Shown here in pieces: positions 23,415 to 45,823 of a DNA stretch of 64,000 nucleotides. A program made the position numbers and the translations under genes. The DNA is from Phaeosaccion multiseriatum. Lineage: Eukaryota; Protista; Ochrophyta, other classes. Numbering within the stretch: the first letter of the stretch is position 1; every line of letters starts with the position of its first letter. The stretch is taken from contig OZ218959.1 in NCBI GenBank assembly GCA_965112735.1, positions 2,356,001-2,420,000 on the forward strand. The letters are read 5' to 3'. The notes under the pieces are model-generated. The model saw only the letters and a program-made list of their open reading frames with translations, was not told where the DNA came from and ran no database searches.

Positions 23415-25166
23415 ATGAAGAAGGCCCTTGCAGTGAGCACGACCATGCTGTGTTCAATGCATGGATGCCAGGGCTTGCTGCACGGGCCGCTGACAGTGGT
23501 GAATAGCAGCGGGAGGGGGGGCGACCGGGTAAAAGGCGGGGGTGGCTCCCCGGGCCCCGGTGCTTCTGTCCGCATTGGTAGCAGATGCAGCAGCAGCAGC
23601 AGCAACAGTGGTCCCAAGAGCAGTCGGAGCAGTGTGAGGAGGGATAGTAGCAGCACAGGCAGCACCAGTAACAGTGCCTTCAGCGGGAAGACGCAACTGC
23701 CAGGGGAGGCAAGTATCAATAGGAGGAGAAGGCGAGCCGTTCCTGGGGGACAGGCGGCACGGCGGCAGGAAGAGGAGGAGGCTCTCACAGGGGAATTGCG
23801 GCGACGGACAGCCACAAAGAGGCTATCGCGCTTGGCGGCACAGAAGGCGGCGTTTCGAAAGCTGGAACCTGTGGAGAGGGGGAGTGGAGGCGCCAAGAGT
23901 GACGGCCAGGTGTACATAGGTGCCACCTTCAACTCCCTGACAATGCTCAACTTGTCGAGCGAGGGGAAGGTGGCGGATGTTGTCAGAGTGAATGGGAGCA
24001 GACTGCGGGGCCGGCATGTGAACTTGCCCTCTATTTTGGCGCACTACGGCATCAAGCGGGAAGCGGACAGAAAGACGGCCAAGGCGGAGAGCGCCGCCAT
24101 GAGCAGTAGCACTAGCAGCACTAGTAGTGGCACTAGTAGGAACAGTGCGGGGGAGGTGAGGAGGCGCTACACCGCAGCAGCGTCGGCAGCTGAGGAGCTT
24201 ACGCCGGAGGAGGAGAGGTGGGCATCCGCCAAGGTGCAAGACATGCTAGGCTTGTTGGAGGTGCTCTGTGACATGATGGACGAGGACAAGAAGCAGGAGC
24301 TGAAGCAACGGCGGACGAAGGCCTCGGTGAAGGAGGAGGGAGCCGTCCGTTCCCACCCCGAGCAGGACGGCGGAGAGGAACCTCAGCAGCAGTTGGTGAT
24401 ACTCGAGAACAACGTCACGAAGGAGGGGGAGGAGAAGGAGGAGAAGGAGGAATCACCAGCACCTAAGCTCGTGTATCCCCCCATCACCGCCTGGGCCAAG
24501 GCAGCAGGCACTACCCCAGCCGACCTACAAAGGCGTATCGCGGAGGGGGCAAGGGGGCGGCGTGCGCTCATTGCCACCAACATGCCATGGGTTCGATTCA
24601 TCATTTACAAGCAGTTTAGTGCGCGTCTGCGCCGGGACCCGAGCATCAAGCTCTCTTTCGACGACTTGATGCAGGAGGGGAGCTTTGGGTTGGCTCGGGC
24701 GGCGGATCAGTACGTATTTGGCTTGGAGGGGAGCACGTTTCGGTTTCGAAACTTCGCGTGGCAGCATGTGGCGCAACACATTGAGGTGGCCCTACTCAAC
24801 TCGGGCAAGACCATTCGCATACCCAAGCACGCATGGGAGATGTACCGCCTAGTGAAGAAGGCCGAGCGCAAGCTCCAGGTCTCTTTGCCTGACTCCTTAC
24901 ACACCCCCGACCAGCTCGCCGAGACCGTGCGCAGCTTCCGGAAGAATGCTCCGCTGAGGGGGGATCAAGTCCCAGAGGTGAGAGGAGAAACAGAACATTA
25001 GTTTGGCGGGGGGGTTTTGGTCTCCTGTCAACTCGACGTGATGGTTCCCTTGCCTCTCTCTCTCTCTCTCTCTCTTTCCCTCTTCTCTCTGTCTCTGTCC
25101 GCTCATTCTCGTTGCAATGTACGTACTAGCAAGGAAATCTTCTCGGTCCCATCTCATGTTCAACTC

Positions 25167-25201
<35 letters not shown>

Positions 25202-26713
25202 GCTTGTCTGCCTGTCTATACATAGGCAAAATCATTGGTGGAGAAGGCCATCTCAATCAGCTCGCTGGACTGGCCCGTCATGGCGGGAAGCATCAGCGGC
25301 GGCAGCAGCGCCGAGCCCCTGGAGGAGGTGAACGAGGGGTTGCTTGGCTCTCTCCTGTCCAAGGTGGATGGCGACATGTTGAGGAGCGGCGTTGGAGGGG
25401 TCGGGGAAGGGCTGGGGGAAGGGCCGGATGAGAGCTTCGACCTCCTTGTGGAGAGCTTGCCTCTTGCCCTCTTACCGTCGTTTGTAGAGGTGCAAGCGGC
25501 CAGCGCGACAGCCAAGCCAAGCAGCAGTAGAAGCAGCAGCAGCAGCAGAGCAGGAGGAGGAGGGAAGGGGCGAGCCAAGAGAGGAAGGAAGTCCAAAGCG
25601 GGAGCTCGTGGTGATGTTGGTGGTGCGAGCAGCAGCGGCAGTGGTGGTGGTATTCAGGAGGCCATTTTCTTGACTGGCTTGTCGAATGGCAGTGGTAGTG
25701 ACAGCCCGACGAGTGGAGCGGGAGGAGGAGGAGAGCGAGACATTGGCTGGAGAAAGCGGCTGCTGCTGAGTAAGCTGATGGGGGACGTGCTGACCCCTGA
25801 TGAACAACGGCTCGTGAAGCTGAGCTACGGGCTGGCCGATGGCAGGTGCGTGAGTGATTGAGGGAGAGAGGGAGAGAGAGTGGGTTGAGTGGGTTGAGTT
25901 AGTGATTGAGAGAGAGTGAGTGAGTGAGGGAGTGAGTGAGTGAGTGAGTGAGTGAGTGAGTGAGTGAGTGATTGAGAGAGAGTGAGTGAGTGAGGGAGTG
26001 AGTGAGTGAGTGAGTGAGTGAGTGAGTGTGTTGAGTGAGGGTGTGAGTAATCGGGTGAGGGTGAGTGAGTGATTGGGTTGAGTGAGGGAGTGAGTGATTG
26101 GGTGAGAGTGAGTGAGTGATTGGGCGAGAGTGAGTGAGTGATTGGGGGAGGGAGAGAGGGAGTGAGTGAGTGAGTGAGTGAGTGAGTGATTGGGCGAGAG
26201 TGAATGGGCGAGTAGGCTAGGCCGAAAGGACACTTACCGATGAGGATTATAAACTCGCATCTGCCCTCACCCCCACCCCTGCTTTTTCATGCATCCCTCT
26301 CCCCTCCCATGTGCTTACACATCCACCCCCCAAAACTCGTACCACCACCATGTGACCGTAACTGCAACCACCCCAGACCCATGCAAGTCAAGGAACTAAC
26401 GAGAATGACGGGAATGAGCTCCGTGGTAGTGGACCAGATTCTGTCTGGCAGCGTAACCAAGATGAGTGAGCACGTGCTGAGACATCTGGGGCAGGAGGGT
26501 GGGGTGGGGGACGAGGGGCGGGCGTATGGGCAGGGACGGCAGAGGGGGAGGGGGCGAGCGGAGCCGTGGCAGGAGCAGTCGTGGCAGCAGTCGTGGCAGC
26601 AGTCGTGGCAGGAGCCGTGGCAGCAGCAGCAGCAGCAGCAGCAGCAGGGGGAGGAGCAGCTGGTGGTGCAGCAGCAGTCGGGGCGGCGGGTAGAGGCGCT
26701 CGTTGCAAAGTGA
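23415..26713 (+). CDS. Nuclear-encoded sigma-70-family factor (divergent); exons 23415-24977, 25226-25845, 26377-26713
   Basis: Region 2: RALIATNMPWVRFI...SFDDLMQEGSFGLARAADQY...FRFRNFAWQHV...KTIRIPKH; ISSLDWPV; region 4: LTPDEQRLVKLSYGLADGRPMQVKELT. N-terminal signal-like peptide. Confidence 0.85.
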
Positions 26714-27169
26714 TTGAATTTGAATTTGGCCTTCCTTAATTGGGGGGGCACTGAATTTGGTCTTTTGCTTGTTAGGAGGGGGGCTGGGAGTGGAGGAAGA
26801 GGGACACAAGAATGTGTGGAACACAGCTGTAGGGGCCCAGGGGGTGAGGGGGGGGGGGGCGGAAGGAAGGAAGGAAGAAACAAAGGAGGGAAGGGGGGAG
26901 GAAGGAAGGAAGGAAGGAAGGAACAGCCCTCTACTCTCTGTACCACAACACAACGCGCTTTTTGAGTGGAACAGCGCGCTTGTCGTATTTATTGGAAACG
27001 ACTTGACACTGGACATAGGGGAAGGAACGAACACAACCCATGGATGCAGGATGCAAGTTTATGACTTGAACGTTACGTGTTTAGAATTTCAAAAACTCAA
27101 TGTAAATAATTACGTTACAGGCATTGTTCTAAAGAGCGCAGCATGCGTTGCTCCAGTGATGCCTCTGCT

Positions 27170-35879
<8,710 letters not shown>

Positions 35880-36130
35880 CTTTGCGCAGCTTTGCGCACT
35901 GCGCGCTTCTTCTGTCCCGCCCAATAATGTGAAGCATTCATTTTTACAGTTTCATTTGAAGTCAATGAAAGAAAATCGAGTTCGATTTTCTTTTTTCACG
36001 CACACTCAGCAAAAAGTGAGTCAAAAAAGGAAATGACCAAAAGGCACATTTACCCGCATTCGTCAACACCATCACAACGCACAACCCGATCAGACCACTT
36101 CACTTGAGTGCCTTGGCTTTGCTAAAAGAC

Positions 36131-37909
36131 ATGGATTCGCATCAGTTCACGCGGCGGAGAAGGCGGTTCTCTGCCAGTGCGGGAGTGGAAGATGAAGGAA
36201 GGAAAGGAGGAGGAGGAGGAGAAGGAGGAGGAGGAGGAGCAGGAGGAGGAAAGGAAGGAGGGAGAACAGGGGGAGGGAAAGGAGTTGAGCAAGGGGGGAT
36301 GCGCAGAAGGATACGAGGCAGAGACGGGGTCGTTGCAGCAGCGATGATAGTGTCCGCTCTTGCACACCCTATCAGCGCCTTTCAGCCGGGCTTCGCAGTC
36401 GGGTCGGCGGGAGTACCGGTAGCGTCGAGGGCAAATGTCGGTCTCGGATTAGCAGGGGTGGCGAGAGACCAGCAGAGACTGGCGGCAGGGGTGTTGCGCC
36501 AAGGGGATCGGCCAACGGGGACGTCGATGCAGAGGAATGGCGGAGCAGCAGCGGGAGGGGGGGCAAAAGTGGGCAGACGACGGAGGAGGAGCCCGAGCAC
36601 AGAGACTTTTAGCAGCAGCAGCAGCAGTAGCAGCAGCAGAAGCTCCGTGGAGCAGGAGCGAGAGAAAGTGTCATCATCGCTTTCGCAGTCAGCATCAGCA
36701 TCGTCCGGGGCTGCCGGAGGGGCATTGTCATCATCGACATCATCAACATCACCTTCGTCGTTAGCACCCTTTCAGGAATCCAACCCCAATCCGCAGCGCA
36801 AGAAGTACATACCTTCTCCGGAAGACGTCGCCCTCTTCGCGGACGTTCAGGAGACGCTTCGCATCCGCAAGATCGAGCAGGGACTGGGGGAACAAGGGGG
36901 GCGGTCGGCAAGTGTAGCGGACTGGGCCCTAGCGGCGGGCTACGACAGCTCAGGCGTCACACTCATGGCACAGCTCCGAAGAGGACAAAAGGCCAAGGCG
37001 CTACTGTTGAAGCGACACGGCAACGTGCTGGCCCACTTTGCGGCCCGGTACAAGAGCAGGGCGCAGAAGCTCTCGTACGACGACCTTATTCAGGAAGGGT
37101 CGGTGGGCCTCATGTCTGCTGTGGAGCACTACGACCCTATGAAGGGAGCCAGATTCTCCACCTACGCCTCCTACCGGGTCAAGGCGGCTGTGTTACGAGC
37201 CATTGCCAATAAGGATAGGACGGTGAGGGTGCCTGTGCATATACATCAGGAAGCGTCGGCCATTCACAGAGCAACGCAGAAGCTCACCAGGGCCGCCAAC
37301 CTATCGAACGACAGCTCGGCCAGCAGCAGCAGCAGATTCGGCAGCAGTAGTAGCAGCAGCAGCAGTAGCCATAGTAGGAGTGGTAGCAGTAGCAGCATTA
37401 GTGGGGCGAGGTGGGCCAAGCTGGATGACGAACTTGCCAAGGTGCTGTGCACAACCTCGGCCAAGATCCAATCCAATCGCAAAGCCATGCAACGCGCCCA
37501 GTCCACAGACGGCGGCAGTTACGCGGAGAGTGAGATGAACGCCGTCGATGTTGGAGGGCTCTTTGCCGCTTCGCACACCTCGGGAGCGAGCTACTCGTCG
37601 TCTTCTATAGTGGCGCAGGATGCCGTGAGGAGGGTGATGGCAGCGACGCTTGCCCCCCGGGAGCTGGAGGCAGTCATGCTTCGCTTTGGGCTTATGGAGG
37701 TGGAGGGAGAGGGGGGGGTGATCGTGGCGGGGGGGACGGGGGCGGCAGGTGGAGGAGGAAGCTTAGAGCCGCTGACCAACAAGGAGATTGGGGCCCGTAT
37801 GCACCTGTCGGGCGAGGGCATTCGCAAGACCGTGATTCGGGCCCTCAACAAACTTAAGGACGGGCAAGCCGGTGACCTGCTGGCAGAGCAGCTGTTGGAG
37901 ATGGCGTGA
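36131..37909 (+). CDS. Nuclear-encoded plastid sigma-70-family factor, intronless
   Basis: Hydrophobic stretch followed by ISAF; LSYDDLIQEGSVGLMSAVEHYDPMKGARFSTYA; RTVRVPVH; LAPRELEAVMLRFGL...LTNKEIGARMHLSGEGIRKTVIRALNKLK. Confidence 0.92.
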   Translation: MDSHQFTRRRRRFSASAGVEDEGRKGGGGGEGGGGGAGGGKEGGRTGGGKGVEQGGMRRRIRGRDGVVAAAMIVSALAHPISAFQPGFAVGSAGVPVASRANVGLGLAGVARDQQRLAAGVLRQGDRPTGTSMQRNGGAAAGGGAKVGRRRRRSPSTETFSSSSSSSSSRSSVEQEREKVSSSLSQSASASSGAAGGALSSSTSSTSPSSLAPFQESNPNPQRKKYIPSPEDVALFADVQETLRIRKIEQGLGEQGGRSASVADWALAAGYDSSGVTLMAQLRRGQKAKALLLKRHGNVLAHFAARYKSRAQKLSYDDLIQEGSVGLMSAVEHYDPMKGARFSTYASYRVKAAVLRAIANKDRTVRVPVHIHQEASAIHRATQKLTRAANLSNDSSASSSSRFGSSSSSSSSSHSRSGSSSSISGARWAKLDDELAKVLCTTSAKIQSNRKAMQRAQSTDGGSYAESEMNAVDVGGLFAASHTSGASYSSSSIVAQDAVRRVMAATLAPRELEAVMLRFGLMEVEGEGGVIVAGGTGAAGGGGSLEPLTNKEIGARMHLSGEGIRKTVIRALNKLKDGQAGDLLAEQLLEMA

Positions 37910-39236
37910 GAAGGAAGGAAGGGAGGGAGAAGGAGAGAGAGAGAAGAGGGAGGGAGGGAGGGAGGGAGGGAGGGAGGGAGGTACAGCTGCAAAGACGGAG
38001 GGGCGAAAGGCGTAACAGGCGTGGTGTCTCGTAATGGGGCAGACGCGCGCAACTGCTGCTCCATCGCTGGCGGGTGCAAGGGTGTTTTTTTTCATTTTTG
38101 TCATCATTTTTGTACACAAGGGTTTGTTTCTACTGAAGGGCGGGCTTCGTGTTGTTGAGATCGATATCCAGTGTCGGCATCGATTTGTCTCAACAAGTGC
38201 TCCTTTTTACATCCGACACCTTCTCTCAAAGAGTGAGAGAGGAGGAGAGAGAAAAGACGGGGGGTGGGGGGGAGTTTCCCCACCCACACATTATTTTATA
38301 TACATTCCAACTATACCGTAACGTGTATTCCCTTCCTCCTTCTGTTGGGATGTGCTGTGGGTGAGCTGCGGGTGTGCTGTGGCCCTTGTGAAACAGGAGA
38401 CGCAGGGCACGAGAGGGGGTAGTTTGTCTTGTTGTCTGGGCGGAGGGGGCGATGGGCCAACTCCCCCCTCTTCCCCTCTTGCGAGCCTCTTCACCTCATG
38501 TGACTCTACACTGGTGCCCCGTAAGACTCTACAATGCTATGTGCGTGGGGGGGCGGAGGGAGGGGGGGGCGTCCCTGGTAGTGCTGAGAGTGCTGATAGT
38601 GCTGACCGCCCGCGCACGTTGCATTCCGTGGCAGGGACGTCCACGAACAGCACCTTCCTTCCTTCCTTCCTTCCTTCCTTCCTTCCTTCCTTCCTTCGTT
38701 CCATCACTTTCATTCAACGGATGTGTGTAAAGGAAGGACAGGTGATGTACTTGTGTGGGGTGGGAGCGGGCTTTGTCCACGTGTCTGTGTGTGGAAGGGA
38801 GTGTACAGAAGGCAGGAGGCTATATAAAATTATGCTGTATATTACACGCTTCGTGTTCGTGGGGGAAACCTTCAAAAAATGGAAGACATGCCCACGGGAC
38901 CACCAAATCCTCCACGCAAAAACTATACAAGAAGAGGGGAATGCATTTGTAAAAACAAGTTGAGCAAAGAGAAGAAGCGAGAGCAAAGAAGCAAAGAGGT
39001 GTGCGTCAAGGACAAACAAGTACCCACCCACACCACCTCTCCATACAAAGCGTTGCATGCAAGTATCTCTTCCTCTCTCTCTCTTCCTCTCTTCCTCTCT
39101 CTCCTCTCTCTCTCTGCCTCTTCCTCTCTCTCTCTTCCTCTCTCTCTTCTATCTCTTTCCTATCTCCCTCCTCCTCTCTTCCTCTCTCTCTCCTTCTCTA
39201 AACCCCCCTAACCCATCCATCTCCAACCTCAAAGCA

Positions 39237-41099
39237 TCAAGGGATCACTTTCCGCATCAGAATATGTCCCTGCCCCAAAAAACCTCCCCCAAGCTTGAGC
39301 TTGTTGGTGAACTCTTCAAAAGCCCTCCCCTCCTCGCCGGACCCATTCCCCTCGGTATACACAAAACCCGCACTCTTATAAAGCCCAATGGCCGAGTGAT
39401 TCAGTTCCTTCACATGCAGGAACAAGTCGTATGCCCCCATGATTGCTGCAGCGTCGTTCGCGAGGGAGAGAAGGTGGGAACCAAGGTGCTGCCTGCGCAT
39501 GTGTGGGTGGGTGGGTGCGAGCGTGCGTGCGTGCGTGCGTGGGTGAGTAGGTGGGTGGGTGGGTGAGTGGGTGTGTTCGTGGATGTGCGTGGAAAGGGGG
39601 GGGGGGGGGGGCGTGGCGAGACAGAGATAGGATGGGGAGGAAGAGGAAGGGAGTAAAGACTTCTCCCCCTCCTCCTCCTCCTCCACCTCCTCCTTCCCCA
39701 CCGTCACCACCACCACCGCCACTACCTCCTCCTCCTCCTCCACCTCCTCCTCCTCCTCCTCCACCACCACCACCACCACCACCACCACCACCACCTCCCA
39801 ACTCACCTTCGAGCATCGTGCCTCACAGCAACCTCCGTAACGTACAGTCTCCCCCCGTCCTTTCCAGGCACAGCGAGCTTGGTTCCTTCAAACTCATGCC
39901 CGGACAGCTCTAACGTTCCTAGCAGTATGCCCCCATCCGACGTACGGACCATGTTCGCGAAACGGCCTGCTTGTCTTCTCCTACGCTCCTGACGCACCCT
40001 CCCACGGGGCGAAGAAGAAGAATGAGAAGAAGAAGGAGACAGAATGAACCCTTCACCATTTCCTCCTCTTCGTCCCTCCTCCTTCTCCCAAACCGAGGCG
40101 CCTTGCTCCTCCTCTTGCCCAGCGTCAGCATCCGCGTCATCACCACCATCACCATAACGAAAGTACTCCTCCTCCTCCTCCTCAGCATAGTAATCGCGGC
40201 CATCATCCGGCATGACTGCAACAAGGCAAACGGCGCCCTTGTCCCGTCGCGCCACTGCCAAAGAGCGGCTCTTCTGACGCAGAGCAGCGAGCGACTCTGG
40301 TCTAAAGTTGCTAAACACGTGTAGGCGGAGGTCACAAATGGCGAGGTAGTCGTGAATGTTGGCCACGCGTAGTCGCACCTCGCGACTCACTCGGCCGGGA
40401 GGTCGTCGTCGTGGATGCTGCTGTGCCTGTGAGTTTGAGTAGTCTGAGTCGGGGTCGGAGCTTGGCCCTGCTGCCTGCTGGCGCCCCCAAGACTGCTGCC
40501 GCTGCCGTGTGTCCGCATCCAAATCACAGCCTGGCGTACCTCGGATGGTAACCGAGTGCAGAAGGCTCCTCAGCTTCTTGTTCACCTGAGAAGGCCAATC
40601 GAACCAAAAGAGGGAGTGGCACGAGAGGGTGAGTAAGTGAGTGAGTGAGTGAGTGAGTGCGTGAGTGAGTGAGTGAGTGATGAGACGGAGGAAGGAAGGC
40701 GCTTAGAAGGCGATTCGAGGAGGGCGTTTAGGAGGAGTTCACAGGGTAGCCATCATTCTCTCACCTCACTCTGAGGGTCATGGACCGGATGAATAAAAGG
40801 GAAGAGAGCCCCTCCCTGCTCCGCCACCGCCTCCGCCCCATCTTCTACTCCTCGTGCTCCTGCGGGTGTCTCTGGTGGCGCTTCTAATGCGGGTCTTATC
40901 GCCAACGAGGTGCATTCTGGCGTTGTATCTTCTACTATAGCTGTCGCTGCCGCCGCCGCTGCTGTTATTCCTGCCTCTGCAGTCGCTGCTGTTGTTGCTC
41001 CCATCGCTGCTGCTGTCACAACCTTCTCCCCGTCCCTAAAAGCCTCGCTCTGGTGCTGCTGAAGCTCTATCCCCTTGGTGCTGCTTGAGTCGGCAGCGG

Positions 41100-41143
<44 letters not shown>

Positions 41144-41631
41144 GTGGTGCTGCTGCTGGTGGGAGACGTAGTGGCGCTTTTGCGCATCCGAAGGCGACTT
41201 GGAGGACGAGCAGCGGTATCTGCATCATCCTCCTCTTTGTCGTGCCAGACACAATCGAGGCTGCTACTACTTGTTGTCCTGCTGCTCCGGCCTCTCCTCC
41301 TTCTGCGGCTGATTCTTCTCTCCCCCCCTCCACTGCTGTTACTGCCGCACCGCGCGACGCCCTGCAGCGAGAGCAGCCGTCGACCTTCCATACGCTCCCG
41401 ACCACAGCCACAGGGATAAGATTTTCGAGGAGCAGCAACCGATGAGCGGGCAAAACAGTGCCTACGACACTCTCGACCGTCCCCGCTTAAGGCAGGGCCC
41501 TTGCTGCTCGTCCTCGTCTTAGCAGCCGACGAGATGCCGGCCCCAGCCCCCCCGGCGTTGAGAAAGGCATGAGAAGGTCGGGTGAGCGCAAGACTACACG
41601 AACACACCAAGATTACGGCCGCGGTCTGCAT
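39237..41631 (-). CDS. GNAT-family acetyltransferase, probably plastid-targeted; exons 41631-40765, 40585-39807, 39492-39237
   Basis: Signal peptide ending SHA-F; LYVTEVAVRHDARRQHLGSHLL (acetyl-CoA motif A); LFLHVKELNHSAIGLYKSAGF (motif B). Confidence 0.88.
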
Positions 41632-41959
41632 CAGGCCTTCCCTCTCGTCACTCTTTCGCGAGTCACTTTCACCCTTCAATTTTCGTCTCTGGCTCTACAC
41701 GGCTGGCTTCCAGACCGCAAGACCTCGAGAGGAGAATGTGAAGCACACACAGTACTGACGCAAGCGACTAGCCGCCTTTTTTCTCTCTTGGAAGAGCTCA
41801 CAAAAAGCTTCCACCCTGGGGTATCCCACGTCCGTGTGTTGGTGCTCCAGGCGTCACAGGTGGCGCTTATTGATCCCCTCCTTCTTCACAACGAGTCCAG
41901 TCCTCTCATCTCATCTCTCTTTTGGACGGTGAGGGGTGGGGTCGACTGCCGTCTCAAGC

Positions 41960-44900
41960 ATGGCGTCACCCCAGCAGCAGCAGCAGCAGCCGCAGCAGGC
42001 ACCCGCACGACGGAGGGGTAAGGTCTTCTCGGGGGTGCTTCCCTCTCCAGCGGCGACTTCCGCACCTGTGAGAAAGCAGTCAGCGCTTGAGAAGATGGGT
42101 GTTGAGCTGTTGGCGGCGTCCGATGCCTTCCGCGGAGAGGACGCACTCATTAAGTTTAGCGCGTTTGGGCGGAAGGAGCGGGAGAGGGAGCTGGCGGAGC
42201 AGGGAGAGGTCAACTGGGACAACTTAGGTGGGTCGAGAAGGAAGAAGCAGTGAGTCGGGGGTACGTTTTCAATCCTTGCCGCCGTCATGCTACGCACTTA
42301 GGTTGGGCGGGGAATCAAGAAGCAGGTTTGGGGGAGTACTTCCGTCCTTCTTCCCCCCTCTTCCCCCCTCCCCCCCTTTTATTCCATACCTCTCTCCCGG
42401 TCTCTCTCTCTTCTCTCTCTGCCCCTGTCTCTCTGTTCTCTCTGTCTTTGTTTGTGTGTCTGTCTTCCCGTCTGTCTGTCTCCCCCTCTCTGGTGCGTGT
42501 TGTGCAATACGACCTCACTCACTTATCCTTTCTATTGAGCAGGGCGCTTGCCCAAGTTCGAGCCCGTCGACTTGGAGCCGCCGGACGAGATAGAGGAGGA
42601 TGGGGCTGAGGACTACGATGTCATGGAAGATGAAGACAACGGCAAGATCAGGGTAGAGAAGGACGAGCTGCAGGCCTTTTTGCAGGTGAGGCTCCGGCCA
42701 GAACAGGAGCAGATGAATAGGCAGGAAGATTTGTAGAACACTACTTGCAGAAAGAGGGGCTCTACTTGTTCGATCCGCTTTATTCATGTCGTGATTTGTT
42801 GTCGCCTTTCCACTCTGCTTTCTCTCTCTCGCTCTCCCTCTCTCGTCTCTATCATGTTCGTGCTCAGCCTGATCGCTATGGGACAAAGTCGGGGAGAGAG
42901 AGGGACGCGTCTACGTCTACAGTCAGCTCAGATGATGACGACGACCTGGAGCAAGGGGAGGAGGAAGAGGAGGAGGGTGAGGAGGGGCACAGCGGCGATG
43001 AGAATGTTGGGGACGACGACGGGCATGAGGAGTGGCGGAGTCGGCAACGGAGGACAGGGGAGGAGGGAGAAGGGGGGAATGCTGATGATAAGAAGGCTGT
43101 AGGGAACGGGACAAAGTACAAGGGTGACGGGAGTGGGGCTGTGAACCAGGAGGAAGACATCAAGGAGGGGGGAAAGGGGGGGAGGGTGGTCGATGACAGC
43201 GAGGGAGCGAAGCTGGGGAAAGATGATATGGATGTTGAACAAGAGGATGAGGGCAAGGAAACAGAAGGCCGCGTGGAAAAGGAGGAGGAGGAGGAGGAAG
43301 AGGAGGGGCAAATACAAGAGGGGTCGGATCGTGCGAAGCCCGGAGAAGCGGCTGTGGCTGAAGACGGTCTGGAAGAAGGACAGCCGCCGTATGGAACAAG
43401 AGTAGGAGGAGGGGCGGAGGAAGAGGTAGTGACAGAAGCGACACCGCCAACAGAGACCGGCCCTAGCCCTGTGGGATCCTCCCTCACCCGAACACAGCGG
43501 CACAAAGCAGCACTAAGACTCGGGGTGAACGCCGCTGCGGCTGCGTCTCTCCCTGCCGAGGTGCTGCTGACAAACCCTGCTTTGGCTCCGGTGGAGCAGC
43601 TCAACTGGGAGAACGATATCGTCTGGGGATATGACAGGGGAGGAGGAGGAGGAGGAGGAGGAGGAGGAGGAGGAGGAGGAGGAGGAGGAGGAGGAGGGGG
43701 CAGGGAGGGGGGCGAGTCTGCTGCTGCTAGGGCAGCAGAGGGAGGGCAGATTGGGAAGGAAAAGACGGGCCATGCACGCAGCACCGACTTGTCGAAGGAA
43801 GAGGATGAGGGCCAGGGAGTGACCGTTGAGGAGTCAAGGTTTGAGCTCGAGTGGAGGCAAGACATGGAGAAGGCGGAGCGGGGGAGGCGGGCAGCCTTGG
43901 ACAAGCTCCGGCTGCGGTGGGAGAGGGAGAAGGAGCAGGCCTCGCGAAACGTCAAGAACCCTTTGGTGGAGGACGGCAGCTGGTTGCAGAGTATCGTCTG
44001 GGGCGATCGTGTGGACCACATAAGGAAGCCGGTGTTGCTGCTGAACCTCAACGATCCGGATATGTTCTTTCATCAGGGTAAGACCCCTCGACCCGTGCTC
44101 AAGCGTCTGACTCTGAGCGGTATGGAGGACGACACCTTGGAAGAGGACCGCCAAAAGAAGGTGATGGCCGCGAAGGAGAAGGAGAGGCGCATGATGGGAG
44201 CGGCGGGGGCGCTGAACATCGACATCCACTTCACAGAGGGATTCCTGCCCAAAGGTCTGACCAAGTCCGGCGTGAACCAACTTGCTGAGGTTGCGGCTCC
44301 CAACCACCCGGGTATCGCCAGAGATAAGGTATGTCGTAAGGTTATATGTAATTACGTGTACTCAACCCATGTCACTCCCTCCCTCCTTCCTTCCTTCCTT
44401 CTCTCGCTCACTCACTTCCTCCCACCCTCCCTCCTTCCCTCCCTCCCGCCTCTTACTGACTCAGTTCCTCCCTCTCTCCCTCATTCCCCCACTCCCTACC
44501 TCCTTCCCGCACTCACGCACTCACTTCTCCCTCCCTCCCCTCCCCTCCCCTCCCTCCCTCCCTCCCTCCCTCCCCTCCCTCTCCCTCCAGGTGCTCGTAC
44601 GTGCTCCCAAAATGGACGAAGTGAAAGAGTTCCACCGGCCAAGGCTACCCAAGAACTATCAGGGAGGCCATGCGTGGGCCGTACTCAAGCCTCCTGTCGA
44701 TGCCAACGACGGTAGGAAGAGCCGTACAGCAAGGATGCGGGACGGTACCACCATCACAGGCATGCGCAAGGAGAGAGACTTGATGCCCATCGACGGAGAC
44801 TTTGTTTTGGTGGAGTACGTTGAGCAGAGACCTCCACTCATCAACAATGTCGGTAAGTGCGTGTGTGCATGTGTGTGTGTGTGTGTGCGTGCGAGTGTGT

Positions 44901-45752
44901 GTGCGTGCGTGCGAGTGTGTGTGCCTGCGTGCGTGTTTGTATGCGTGTGTGTGTGTGCGTGCATGCATGCGAGTGTGTGTGCGAGTGTGTGTGCGAGTGT
45001 GTGTGCGAGTGTGTGTGCGTGCGTACGCGTGCGTCACAGGAGGCTGACTTGGCTCTTGTGCCGACTGACTCCCTGAGCTGACCCCCCCCTCTCCCCCCCC
45101 TCCCCTTGTCACACGCACAGGCATGTCAAGTCGCTTCATCAATTGGTGGCGACCGAGGAAGCCTCCCCCGGGCAGGCACCGATCCACCGAGGCGCCTCCG
45201 GATTTCCCCCAAGGGACGACTCAAACGCTCTCGGATAACCAACGCGGTCCTCTGATGGCCACTGTTAAGGAGGGGCAGACTCTCTCTACCCTGTGCTCTA
45301 GTCTGTTCAGGTGAGGGAAAGTGATGTAACATGCATGCGTTGTATAAGGCACCGGAGGGAAGGGAGGGAGAGAGGAGAGGGAGGGAGGGGGAGAGGAAAG
45401 GGACGGGGGAGGAACTTTATTGACTTAATTGGAATCACCTAAGAAACTGAAAGTGTGAGGGACGGGGGAAGGAGGGATGGAGGGAGGGATGGAGGGAGGG
45501 AGGAGAGGGAGGAAAGGGAGGGAGGGAGGGAGGGAGGGAGGGAGGAGAGGGAGGGAGGGAGGGGAGGGAGGGAGGCAGGGAGGGAGGAGAGGGAGAGAGG
45601 GGTCGGCGCGCACGAAGGGACTAAAGGACTAAAGGGCTCCACAAAGCTCTGTTTGCTTGTGAGGCTGACGCTTTTGTCTCTTATTTTTGTTTTTTGTTTG
45701 TTGGCTGATCCCATCCGAAACACACACACACGCACACACACGCACACACACA

Positions 45753-45823
<71 letters not shown>

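Noticed and set aside
36131-37909. Sigma-70 genes as bacterial contamination or recent HGT
   Set aside because: They have targeting presequences, one has spliceosomal introns, and both sit among eukaryotic genes, as expected for nuclear-encoded plastid sigma factors.
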